From Narcine bancroftii (lineage: Eukaryota), in the NCBI RefSeq assembly GCF_036971445.1, contig NC_091470.1:105896001-105960000 (forward strand): 64,000 nucleotides of DNA. The letters are read 5' to 3'. The position numbers were made by a program, and so were the translations under genes. The notes beneath the pieces are model-generated. The model was given only the letters and a program-made list of their open reading frames with translations, searched no databases and was not told the DNA's origin. Below, in pieces: positions 26,910 to 37,794 of this stretch (the stretch's first letter is position 1; each line of letters opens with the position of its first letter).

Positions 26910-27226
26910 TTGGAAGGCTCAACGTGCTCCTGTTTCACATCTGGTGCAGCAGCAGCACCCTCTAAGGGTACGGAAGCTGCAACAACGTTGGCTGGCTGCT
27001 GTGAATCTGCTGGAACCTCTGGGTCAGTTTTCTCAGCGCTCTGATCAGTTGTCTCTGCTGCCACATGTGATTGCTCCTCGGGCGTTGAATCGATCTCCAC
27101 TTCCTGACTAGGAGGCGGGACGCACGACCTCTCTTCCTCCATTTTCCTTTTCTTGAGTTTTTCCTCAATTTCTTTCATCCGTCTTTCATTGTCTTGGATA
27201 GAATAATGCTCAAACTTCTTAAAAGC
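26910..27226 (-). CDS. NUDCD3: NUDCD3 coding exon 2 (AFKKFEHYSIQDNERR...QEVEIDST...EPS)
   Basis: Homology to VFKTF..QDDEKRR..QEIEIDST; acceptor ttttcaag|GCT, donor AA|gtacgt; 317 nt, ends phase 2. Confidence 0.92.
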
Positions 27227-28034
27227 CTTGAAAACAATGCAGATTTGTAACATTAGTTCCATTTGGCATATTTGCTTTCAAAGGCTGAAACCAAGGTATT
27301 TTCATTAAACAAGTGTGTGAAGGAATGCCAGGCAAAGCAAGATAAGGACCATGATCCCAATGCACAGGAATAGAATGGTGGGACGGAATGGCCTTCTCGT
27401 GTTTTCCGCAAAACTGCAGGCATCTATTTGACGGATATTGCAATTTGTTATAATGGTACAGGCTAAATTAAATTTAAATTTAGACATACAATTACACCCA
27501 ATTAACCTACAACCCTGGTATGTTTTGAACAGTGGGAGGAAACCAGAGCACCAACAGGAAACCCACGCAGACATGATGAAAATGTACAAACTCCTTACAG
27601 ACTGCGCCAAATTTGAATCCTGGTCGTTGGTGCTGTGACAGCCATGTCACCTATTAGATAAGAAGCCTTGTTGAAGGTAATAAACTGTCAAGAGCTGAAA
27701 GAACATACCAAAGCCCAGTGGAGAATAAGCTGAAGAAACCCACAGGCACAGAATTAAAGTGCCTCCTGATAAAACCAACAATAAACTGCAGCTACGTGGC
27801 ACTCTCCACACAGTAAAAATATCCAAAGGTGTATCACTGAGGTGATTATGAAGCACAATTTAACACCAAACCAGATGAGGTATCAGTACAGGTGATCAAA
27901 GGAAAGGTTTATGGGGGCACAGTGAGATAGGGATTTGTGGCAGGAACTGCAGAGGTTCAGGTCCAAACATATGAAAGTACGTCCCTGTGGTAGAGCAGAG
28001 GAATTTGGTGAAACACATCTAAACACAAGTACTA

Positions 28035-29200
28035 GTCGTTAGTATGGCCATGTGCTTGGGAGATCATGTCTCAGGAATTTGATTTTTTTAATTTTAAGAA
28101 GTGACTAAGAAGATTGTTGAAGACAGGGCAGTAGACATAATCTACATGGGCCTTAGCAAGGTTTTTGACAAGGTGGACTGGTTCAGAAGGTTAGATCACA
28201 TGAGATCCAGGGAGAGCTAGCCAATTGGGTACAGAAATGGCTAGTGAAAGGAGAGCATGGTATGGAGGGATGTTTTTCCAGAATGCGGGCTTGTGACTAG
28301 AGGTGTATCACAGGGATCATTTTTGGGTCCATGTTGTTTGTCATATATATTAATGATCTGGGTAAGTATGTGGATGACATGATTAGTAAGTTTGCACATG
28401 ACATCAACATTGGTGGAATAACATTCAGAGAAGACTGTCTAAGACTACCACAGGATATAAATGAAATGGAAAAGGGGCAAAGGAATGGCAAATGAAATGT
28501 AACTCAAACAAATGCAGTGATGCAATTTAGGAAGTTAAACAAGGTCAGGACATACAGAGTGAATGACAAGGCCCTGCGGAGTGCTGTAGAACAGAAAAAC
28601 AAGGGCACAAGAACGTCGTTCCATGAAAACGGCAACGCAGATTAACAAGGCGGAGAAGAAGGTGGGCGGCATGCTTGCCTTTGTTGGACAACCATTGGGT
28701 TCAGGAGTTGGGGTGTCAGGTTACAGTTCTGCAAGATGTTGGTGAAATGGCAACTGGAATACTGTGTTTAGTTCTGGTCACCATACTTAGAAAGAATGTG
28801 GTTAAGCTAGAGTGAATACAAAAAAGAATTACAAGGATGGGGTAGGGTGTGGAAAGCTCAAGTTATTCGACTGGAGAGCTTGGAACGGTTTTCTCTGGAA
28901 TGAAGGAGGCTCAGGGGCATGGGCAAGGTGGATTGTCCCAGTCTTTTTCCCAGGGTACAGAATCTAAAACAAGAAAACATCGGTTCAAGGTGAGGGAGAA
29001 AGACTTAAATGGAATCTGAGAGGCAAGATTTTCATACAAGAGGGTGGTGGGTGTGTTCTGAAGGAGCATCCAGAAGAAAATGGTAGAGGCAGGTACCATT
29101 ACAATGTTTGGACAGATACACCAATAGAAATTGTTTCGAAGGATATGGGCCAAATAGGACGAACTCAGGAAGTGGCGCTGAAGGGTCTGTTTCAGTGTTG
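28035..29200 (+). mobile_element. CR1-type LINE fragment
   Basis: Decayed RT (K.FDKV, GVSQGS, FAHD) and 3' end. Confidence 0.78.
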
Positions 29201-30162
29201 TGTTATGAAATAAGTTTATTGGCATATACATCAGTGCAATGTATAGATGCACCAAAATTCTTATTTGTTGCAGCCACACTGGTACCCAAGATGCACCAAC
29301 AACAATAATATAAATTATTATATTGTTGCACAAGACAATAAGATAAATATAAAAGTGGATGAATAAATATTCACTGTGCAGTGAAACGTCATAAAAGAAT
29401 GGTGTTTTAACAAAGCAGAGAGATCTTCTGGGGGGCGGCCCAGACTCCCAGGTCATGCAGCATCCATAGGAAGCAGAAGGCAATCACCATTTTGGCCTGA
29501 GCCCTTCATCAGAAATCATTTTGTGAAAGGGTCATCGTGCTATCAATCCGGTAAATTTGATTAAAGGAACATCTGTGGATATTAAAAGGCTATTTTACTC
29601 TGCAGTTGCTGCCTGATCTGAGTGTTCATAGCTGGACTGGCTCGAGACTGGCTGAAGGGGTACCAAGTGTCAGAACCGGGATGCGACAGGGCGCTGAAGG
29701 TTTTCTAATCACGCCAGAGGTTCGGATCAGCTTGCTGATGGTTCAGGTTGGAGTCTGTGAAGCTGCGGGAGCACTGGAGGTGAATCCATTGGCGCTCGGT
29801 GACAGACTCTCTTTTCCTTCTTTCTTTGACTAAAAGGGGTACCTGACAATTTCTGCTGATGGCGAATCTGTCCACCCTACAGCAGACTAAAGACTATTTC
29901 GTGTGTTATTGCATGACAATAAAGTAACCTTGAATATAATTCAGATTTTCATTATTTACAGCATTTGAGCATTTATAGGTTTTATTCACCAGAAAGATTT
30001 TGATCAAGTCCCTCATAACAGGCTAATAACTAAATAATAGCTTGTGGCACTTAAAGCAGTTGATTAACCAGCGTGATAGGAGCCAAATATGTGGCTCATA
30101 TCCAGGACTTCAGGTCCTATTCATGTTTCACAAAAGGCTAATATGCAGGATGTACAAGCCAC

Positions 30163-30397
30163 AAACCGTGCCTCACAGTTCGGCGGGCAGCAACCTCCTT
30201 TGAAGACCGCAGAGCCCACCTCACTGACAAAAGGCAAAGGAGGAAAAACCCAACACCCAACCCCAACCCACCAATTTTCCCCTGCAACCGCGTCTGTCTG
30301 TGCCGCATCGGACTGGTCAGCCACAAATGAGCCTGCAGCTGACGTGGACATTTACCCCCTCCATAAATCTTCGTCCGCGAAGCCAAGCCAAAGAAAG
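30163..30397 (+). mobile_element. RTE LINE 3' fragment, more diverged
   Basis: Matches 36770-37022 with indels; same 3' tail. Confidence 0.85.
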
Positions 30398-30828
30398 ACA
30401 AGCCACAGAGGTAAGGAACTTAGGCTTCAGTTATAAAGGCAATAATGGTGCCCCGATGGGAAGTTTTTGATGCACTTAATGCAATTCAAATGTTATATAT
30501 TAATACCTGGGTTATCTCGTGCGGAAAAGCCAAATGGGCAAGTATCCGTTTACAAGAACAGAGGAAACTTGATTGAAACATACAAGATCTTGAGGGTCTC
30601 AACAGGTTGTGTGAAGGTGAATCTTGAACGGGGGGGGGGGGGGGGGGGGGGTTCACTATATAATAAGAAATGATTTTCCATTTGAGAAGACTTTGATTCA
30701 TTTTTCTCCCAGAAGTCATGAGGATGGAATGGTCTTCCTTGAAGAATGGTGGAAGTGGAGCTGTTGAATGATTTTAAGGAGAGATAGATAGATACTTGAC
30801 AAGTTGAGATTAGAAATGGATGAGCAAT

Positions 30829-31243
30829 CATCTTGCTGGCTGCGTATGGAGGTACCAACACCCAGGACAAGAAAAATCTCCAGGAGGTTTTTAACCTGGC
30901 CTGCAACATCGTGGACATCTACAAGAGGTGGTGTCTCAAGAAAGCAGCCTCCATACTCAAGGACACCCAGCACCCAGGCCATGCCCTTTTCACTGTGCTA
31001 CCATCAGGAAAAAGGTACAAGAGCCTGAGGATGAGTGCCCAGCAACACAAGGACAGCTTCCTCCCCGCCGCCATCAGATTCCTGAATGTACAATGAGCCA
31101 AAGACACTGCTTTACTTTCTCTTTTTCCCTTTTCTTGCACTATTTTGATTTATTTTGTAAGGTGGTTTATATAAAAGTTTACATTGTGATGCTGTCGCAA
31201 AACAACAAATTTCATGACGTTCTTGACAATAAATTCTGATTCT
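30829..31243 (+). mobile_element. Rex1/Babar 3' fragment
   Basis: ORF 30833..31096 (KKAASILKD..HPGHALF..LPSGKRYKSL); tail aataaattctgatt. Confidence 0.82.
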
Positions 31244-31439
31244 TGTTAAATGGTGGAGCAGGTTCTGGGGTCAAGTGATTAAATTGTACAGTGACAAACC
31301 TGAGCACTGGTGAACAGGTTCTTGGTGAGCAAGAAACACTTACAAGCTCTGTCAACAACTGCTTCCAGTACTTTGGTAATGACTTAAAGGAGAGTGAATG
31401 GGAAAAAATTAGCCAGATTGGATGTGTCCTGCTTTTTCT

Positions 31440-32030
31440 GATTGACAAGCGAAGTGAAGCAACTCCTCACTTGTGAAGCTGCAGGCATCCTGTGCTCCCC
31501 TTATGGTCTCCTCTATCTTGGGGAGACTGGAGATTGCTTTGTTGAGCACCGCGGCTCTGTCTGCTGCAATACTGGTGATTTCCCAGTAGCCACCCATTTC
31601 AATTCCCTGCCCCATTCCCTTGCTGATGTGCCTGTCCATGGTCTTGGCATTGCCAGACCGAGACCGCAAATTGGAGGAACACCACCTCATTTTCCGTCCG
31701 GGCACCCTCCAACCAGATGGGATTAACATTTAATTCTCCAGTTTCATTAACCCGCCCCCACAATCTTCTTCCCCTCTCTCCCTTCCTCCAGCTGTCTTTC
31801 TCTCTCCCTTCCCCTACCACTGCCTCTTTTCACAGAACCAAAATCAATTCTCACCTTCCCTCATCATATCCAATTAATACCTTTGGTCTGGACTCCTCCC
31901 CCTCCCATTCATCCCCCAGTCTTTATTTCAGATACCTGACCTTTTTCACTCAGACCTTGAGGAAGGGTTTGGGCCCAATACGTCAGTGATATATTTTTAC
32001 CTCTTATGGAAGCTGTGAGACCGGCTGAGG
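31440..32030 (+). mobile_element. Penelope-like 3' fragment
   Basis: GLLYLGETG..F.EH..SV...PVATHFNS GIY-YIG peptide (ORF 31442..31726) plus family terminus. Confidence 0.8.
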
Positions 32031-32500
32031 AATTATGTACTGGCTTTGGAGGCGGTGCAGAGGAGGTTCACCAGATAGATTCCAGAGATGATGGGGCTAG
32101 CCTATGAGGGAAGATTGAATTGCCTGGGACTGTATTCCCTGGAATTTAGAATGAGAGGGGTTCTTATAGAAACATAAATTTATGAAAGGGACAGGAGGAA
32201 GGCAAGTTGCTTCTAATAGTGGGAGAGACTAGAACTAGGGAACATACCCTCAAGATCGAGGGTAATAGATGAGGATGAACTGCTTTCCCCAGAGGGCGAT
32301 GAATCGATGGAATTCGTTGCCATTGAACTAGTGGAGGTGATCTCCGTAAATATATTGAATACAATGTTGATAGTATGGGGAAATTAAGGGATATGAGGAA
32401 ATGTCAGGTGGGTGGAGATGAACCTATCATCAAATCAGCCACGATATCACTGAATGGTGAGCAGGCGCGACGGGCCTGATGGCCGACTTCTGCTCCTATT
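32030..32500 (+). mobile_element. CR1 3' fragment, same subfamily as 5240-5700
   Basis: Direct similarity to 5240-5695. Confidence 0.78.
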
Positions 32501-33906
32501 TGTGTTCCTCCAGCATCTCTGTGCTTTTACTATAATCACAGCGTCTGTGAACTTTCGTGTTTTTGTGAACATATCGTACCCCAGTCCTTTTCCAGTGCCG
32601 GAATGAGGCATGTTGCATTGGAACAGCTTGGTTGGAAACATAACTTGGTTGGAGATGCAGCTGGCTGTCCATGTTTCTGGATATCACCAGAAGGTATATG
32701 CAAGATCAATAAAACTTCAGGGCCGTGTCCAGAATAATCACAAATCCTCATTGTGTGATGTCCTTTTTTACATAAAGAATCACACTACAATTGCAAAACC
32801 TTGCTGAATCACTTCAGAAATCAGAGGAGAGCACAGTTAGCATAGCAGTTAGTGCAATGCTATTACAGCGCCAGAGACGAGGGTTTGAAATCAGCGCTCT
32901 CTGTGAGGAGGAGAGAAGAGGGAGGGTGGGCTTCTGCGTGGGTTTCCTCCAGGTGCTTTGGTTTCCTCCCACTCTTCAAAACATACCAGGGGTTAAAGAT
33001 CAATTGGCTGGCACAGGCTCATGGGACTGTGACTGTCTTTGCCTAAACATTTAAAAAAATAAATAATAAAAAATAACGCTGGCAGTTCTGAGCACAACAC
33101 TTTAGGAAAAATGTATGAAAGAGAGTAAAGAATGGCCTAATTTACAAAGAAAGATTGCTCAAACTAGGGTTATTTTCTCTGGGATTTAGGAAGTTGAGGA
33201 ATGATTTATTTCAAGTTTTAAAATTCTAAAAGGAACTAAAAGAGAGTAAAAGTATTTCCACAGTTAAGAAGTAAAGAATGGACAATCAGAAAATCAAAAC
33301 CAGGCCTCCAAAAAATAAAGTTTAGAGGCATTTCTAAATGCCTGGAGATGGAAGCCTCTTTCACATGTGTTAATTGACCCATGATCATACATTTTATATG
33401 TTCTTATGACACCAAAAATGACCAATCAGTGCAAGAGCTTTATTTTGCTCTTGCAGCAAACTCAACAGACCCATTCTTCCACTTGTTTCCCTGTAAACTA
33501 TTCAAGTTAATTATGATTTGGCTGTACATTTTATACCAGATGAAATCGCATTTATGCAGACCACAGTGTCTGCTCCTCTTCCTCCCTCCTCTCCCTCCCC
33601 GCTCTCTCTCACTCAAGCCCAGCCCCACATCCTTCCCTCCATACCCCATACCTGCCCCTCCCTCATCCAAAGCATGCCTTCCCCTCTTCATCTCCCCATT
33701 CTCTCCTTCCCCTCACCAACTCCACCTTCCCCACACTCTCCATTCCTCTCCTCTCTTCCTCCCCACCTCAAACACCTCCTCCCCCACCCCTCCATCTCCC
33801 CCCACCTCCCCTCACGTACCCCCTCCACTCCTCCTCTCTCTACCCTCTCTCCACTGCCCCCACCCCGCTCCACTCCACACCACTGCCTTACCCCCAGCCC
33901 CCTCAC

Positions 33907-34104
33907 CCGCAGCGCCAGCCGCTCGGCGACCCCGGCCGGGAAGCCTAGCCGGTCTTCCTTCAGCACCATCAGGCGGAAGAAGTCGGTTTTCCTGTACAGG
34001 AAGCCGAAGAACACTTCCAGAAAGTTCTCGATCTTGCCGACGTGCTGCAGGATGCCCAGCAGCGCCTGGTCGTACATCTCGGTCATCTCCGGGGGTCCCT
34101 CCAT
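33907..34104 (-). CDS. NUDCD3: NudC domain-containing protein 3, coding exon 1 (MEGPPEMTEMYDQALLGILQHVG...ERLALR)
   Basis: YDQALLGILQHVG..FGFLYRKTDF matches the NUDCD3 N-terminus. ATG at 34104 in strong Kozak context (gcggcaATGG); donor CGG|gtgagg; 198 nt, phase 0. Confidence 0.95.
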
Positions 34105-34141
34105 TGCCGCCGCTGCCTGATCCACCGCTCCAGACCCACTT

Positions 34142-34245
34142 CCGGCAGGTCCGCACCGCAATCCCTTCCTCGGGCTGCCAGTGCCGGCAGGTCCGCACCG
34201 CAATCTACTTCCGGCTGCCACGGTGCCGGCAGGTCCGCACCGCAA
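34142..34245. repeat. Three copies of ccggcaggtccgcaccgcaa at 42-bp period
   Basis: Identical 20-mers start at 34142, 34184 and 34226. Confidence 0.95.
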
Positions 34246-35067
34246 CCTCTTCCCCCCAGCACCGATAGAAACGTTCCTAGGCCACAATAAGCAATGCAGC
34301 GAGGAATATCTCGGGGTGGGGGGTTGGAAAACCATTCACCCATTGCATCCATGAAGGTATCGAGGGGAGCAATCCTCTCTCATCAATCTTGCCCCGAAGA
34401 CAGAAGAGCTTTATTTTGGAGTTAAGTCAGAATGGAATGAAAGCAACAAATTTTCCACTTACACCCACACCTCCTCCCTCACCATCATTCAGGACCCCAC
34501 ACAATCCTTCCAAGTGAAGCAACACTCCAATGGTGAATCTGCAGGGGTCGTCTACTGCATCCATTCTCCATCCCATTCCCTTGCTGACATGTCTGTCTAT
34601 GCCCTCGTGCGCTGCCAGACTGAGGCCACCCACAAGTATCGGAGGAATAGCATTTCATATTCCGTCTGCACACCCTGCAATCAAATGTCCCCAGGCTGTT
34701 TGCTCCTTTAACCTTCCGTTTTAAGCCAACGTCCAATGACCCGGTTGGGAGAGGCCTGATACTTCGCTGTTAAGGTTAGGATTTTACTCTTGGCGCAGTG
34801 GAGGGGAGAGCTGAAACTTTATTGTTAAGGTTGGGGTTTTATACTTGGCATATAAGCTGACCCTTGGTTTTGGGGGTGACATTTTTAACGTTCGGGGTCA
34901 TCCTATACGCTGGCATATACGGTACTCTGATTTGTCATTTCAGTTGCTTTGACCTTCTCCGCAATGAAGTCAAATCCACATTAAAGCCCTGAAGCAATAC
35001 TCTTCAGTAGCTACAGCTCCCTCAAGTGGGCCATGTTTGGTGCAGCTTCTTGGTTCATAAATAAACT

Positions 35068-35073
35068 TTTATT
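35068..35073 (-). terminator. Candidate POLM polyadenylation signal AATAAA
   Basis: tttatt on the plus strand about 660 nt past the POLM stop, with a T-rich tract just downstream on the minus strand. Confidence 0.55.
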
Positions 35074-35732
35074 GTACTTTGCAATTTTAAAACCACTAAC
35101 AGAATATTTCAAGAGTCAGACTATCTGGATGGTTTTAACAGGAAAAATGTTACAGACATTACAAATCCAGATAGGTCTCTGTCAACAAGCTCCTTGAACA
35201 CTATATTTGATACTTTCATTTATGTCATGATGTCCCAAATCACTTGACAACAAATTAAATACATTTGTAGTGTGGTCGTCATTGAACGGTATGAAATGCA
35301 GCCTGAAAAGTTCCACAAAATCAGCAAGATAATGACTATATTTCTCCCCCTCTATTTAGTTGTAAACATTTAGAAGGCTGTGTGCCTGGGGAGATGGTTC
35401 CTGCTTGTGATCATAGCAGCACAGGATGTTTTACGGAGGTTAATCCAATCTCAGATTAACAACGCCTCTCTGTGCAGTAATCCCTCGATGTCAGCGTTGA
35501 TGGATTCAAATGCACGTGGAAATTCTATCCTGAGGGGGATCTTCACCGCTAAACATTCGACAATCTGTACCATCCACACAAATGACAAATTCAACAGCAT
35601 TTGGCACAAAAAGCTGCTCTGGGTGAAGGACTGCCTTTTACCCAGTGTAAAGTGACAATGGTGTCCCGATGATTGTGCCCAAAGCCTTTCCCCAAGGTGC
35701 TCTGCACATCCCTGCATCTTGAACCAGGCCAA

Positions 35733-35912
<180 letters not shown>

Positions 35913-36015
35913 TCAATCTTAAAAAGCAATGTCACCTCCTGAAATCTTAAAAAGCAATGGCTCCTGTACATGAAACAATATTTATCTGTATATATGCATA
36001 CAGTAAAAGTCCTAA

Positions 36016-37025
36016 CTTGTCCGTGAACTACTCTTTGCAGATGATGCCGCTTTAGTTTCCCATTCAGAGCCAGCTCTTCAGCGCTTGACGTCCTGCTTTG
36101 CGGAAACTGCCAAAATGTTTGGCCTGGAAGTCAGCCTGAAGAAAACTGAGGTCCTCCATCAGCCAGCTCCCCACCATGACTACCAGCCCCCCCACATCTC
36201 CATCGGGCACACAAAACTCAAAACGGTCAACCAGTTTACCTATCTCGGCTGCACCATTTCATCAGATGCAAGGATCGACAATGAGATAGACAACAGACTC
36301 GCCAAGGCAAATAGCGCCTTTGGAAGACTACACAAAAGAGTCTGGAAAAACAACCAACTGAAAAACCTCACAAAGATAAGCGTATACAGAGCCGTTGTCA
36401 TACCCACACTCCTGTTCGGCTCCGAATCATGGGTCCTCTACCGGCACCACCTACGGCTCCTAGAACGCTTCCACCAGCGTTGTCTCCGCTCCATCCTCAA
36501 CATCCATTGGAGCGCTCACACCCCTAACGTCGAGGTACTCGAGATGGCAGAGGTTGACAGCATCGAGTCCACGCTGCTGAAGATCCAGCTGCGCTGGATG
36601 GGTCACGTCTCCAGAATGGAGGACCATCGCCTTCCCAAGATCGTATTATATGGCGAGCTCTCCACTGGCCACCGTGACAGAGGTGCACCAAAGAAAAGGT
36701 ACAAGGACTGCCTAAAGAAATCTCTTGGTGCCTGCCACATTGACCACCGCCAGTGGGCTGATAACGCCTCAAACCGTGCATCTTGGCGCCTCACAGTTTG
36801 GCGGGCAGCAGCCTCCTTTGAAGAAGACCGCAGAGCCCACCTCACTGACAAAAGGCAAAGGAGGAAAAACCCAACACCCAACCCCAACCAACCAATTTTC
36901 CCTTGCAACCGCTGCAATCGTGTCTGCCTGTCCCGCATCGGACTGGTCAGCCACAAACGAGCCTGCAGCTGACGTGGACTTTTTACCCCCTCCATAAATC
37001 TTCGTCCGCGAAGCCAAGCCAAAAC
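36016..37025 (+). mobile_element. 5'-truncated RTE-clade LINE (RT C-terminal half), young copy
   Basis: LFADD motif and uninterrupted 295-aa ORF (FTYLG, QLRWMGHVSRM, C-terminal CxxC..HxxxC); 10-bp TSD aaagtcctaa at 36006-36015 and 37026-37035. Confidence 0.92.
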
Positions 37026-37135
37026 AAAGTCCTAAAATCCAGATTGTATGGGGACTGGGACTGACCGGATTCTCAGGCAGTACTTTTAAAATTTAAGGAG
37101 AAATAAAGAGATGAACAGGTAAAATTTGATTGCGT

Positions 37136-37447
37136 TCTAGCAGCCCGCACCAGCACCAGAAATGGCCATCGAACCGGCAAGACCTCGCACGGGCTGAGAC
37201 GCCCATTTCCATAGGCTGCCGGTGGAATGGTGAAACTAGCCAACCATTGCCGGCAGATCGCAGGACGCCCCAATCGGGACCCCGATGCTGGAACCGACCA
37301 ATCAGTGGCTGGCCCACTCAAGCCACGCCCCGGTGGCGGTGTGGCCGAGCTCACTATAAAAGGCAGAGCTGCCCCTGAATAAACTCAAGTGTTGGATACA
37401 CTCTACCGGCGTGCATGTTTTTTTCCCTCTGCAAGTTTCGAGCTACA
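37136..37447 (+). mobile_element. Probable solo LTR
   Basis: Termini tctagc...gctaca (degenerate TGTAGC/GCTACA); CCAAT 37298, CCACGCCC 37323, TATAAA 37355, AATAAA 37378; CpG-rich. No clean TSD. Confidence 0.55.
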
Positions 37448-37718
37448 ACCGTGAGCAATAACCTGGTTGAATCAGTAGCAACCCCGCTGCAGTATATTCA
37501 TTAGTAAATACATCATGCCTCATTTATCAAACCAAGCAGTTTTAAAGAAAATAAAGTCAACATTTGACAAAATTTTAAATAAATTTTTTCACCACAAAAA
37601 AGTGGGTAATGCCTGAAATTATGTTTAAAAATAAACATTTTAAAAATATACAGTATACAAACGAATCTCTGTGATAAGATTACCTGTATTCTGCGTGGTT
37701 GTCACTGTGTATCTGTGA

Positions 37719-37720
<2 letters not shown>

Positions 37721-37792
<72 letters not shown>
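37721..37792. repeat. (CA)36 microsatellite
   Basis: Direct reading. Confidence 0.97.

Positions 37793-37794
<2 letters not shown>

Larger units (their letters stand above)
33895..34310 (-). promoter_or_regulatory. CpG-island promoter of NUDCD3 with two ETS/GABP-type CCGGAAGT motifs (34138-34145, 34207-34214)
   Basis: CpG-dense, GC-rich, apparently TATA-less region around exon 1; two exact ACTTCCGG sites. Confidence 0.75.

Noticed and set aside
34142-34245. CRISPR-like repeat-spacer pattern
   Set aside because: Only three 20-nt repeats with mutually similar spacers in a vertebrate CpG promoter; no cas genes.
33381-34268. Long plus-strand ORFs (295 aa and 200 aa)
   Set aside because: Low-complexity Pro/Ser-rich translations of the C-rich tract and the antisense of exon 1.
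36085-36972. Domesticated host gene from the 295-aa ORF
   Set aside because: 5'-truncated RTE with TSD, no ATG start or promoter, and near-identical copies elsewhere.
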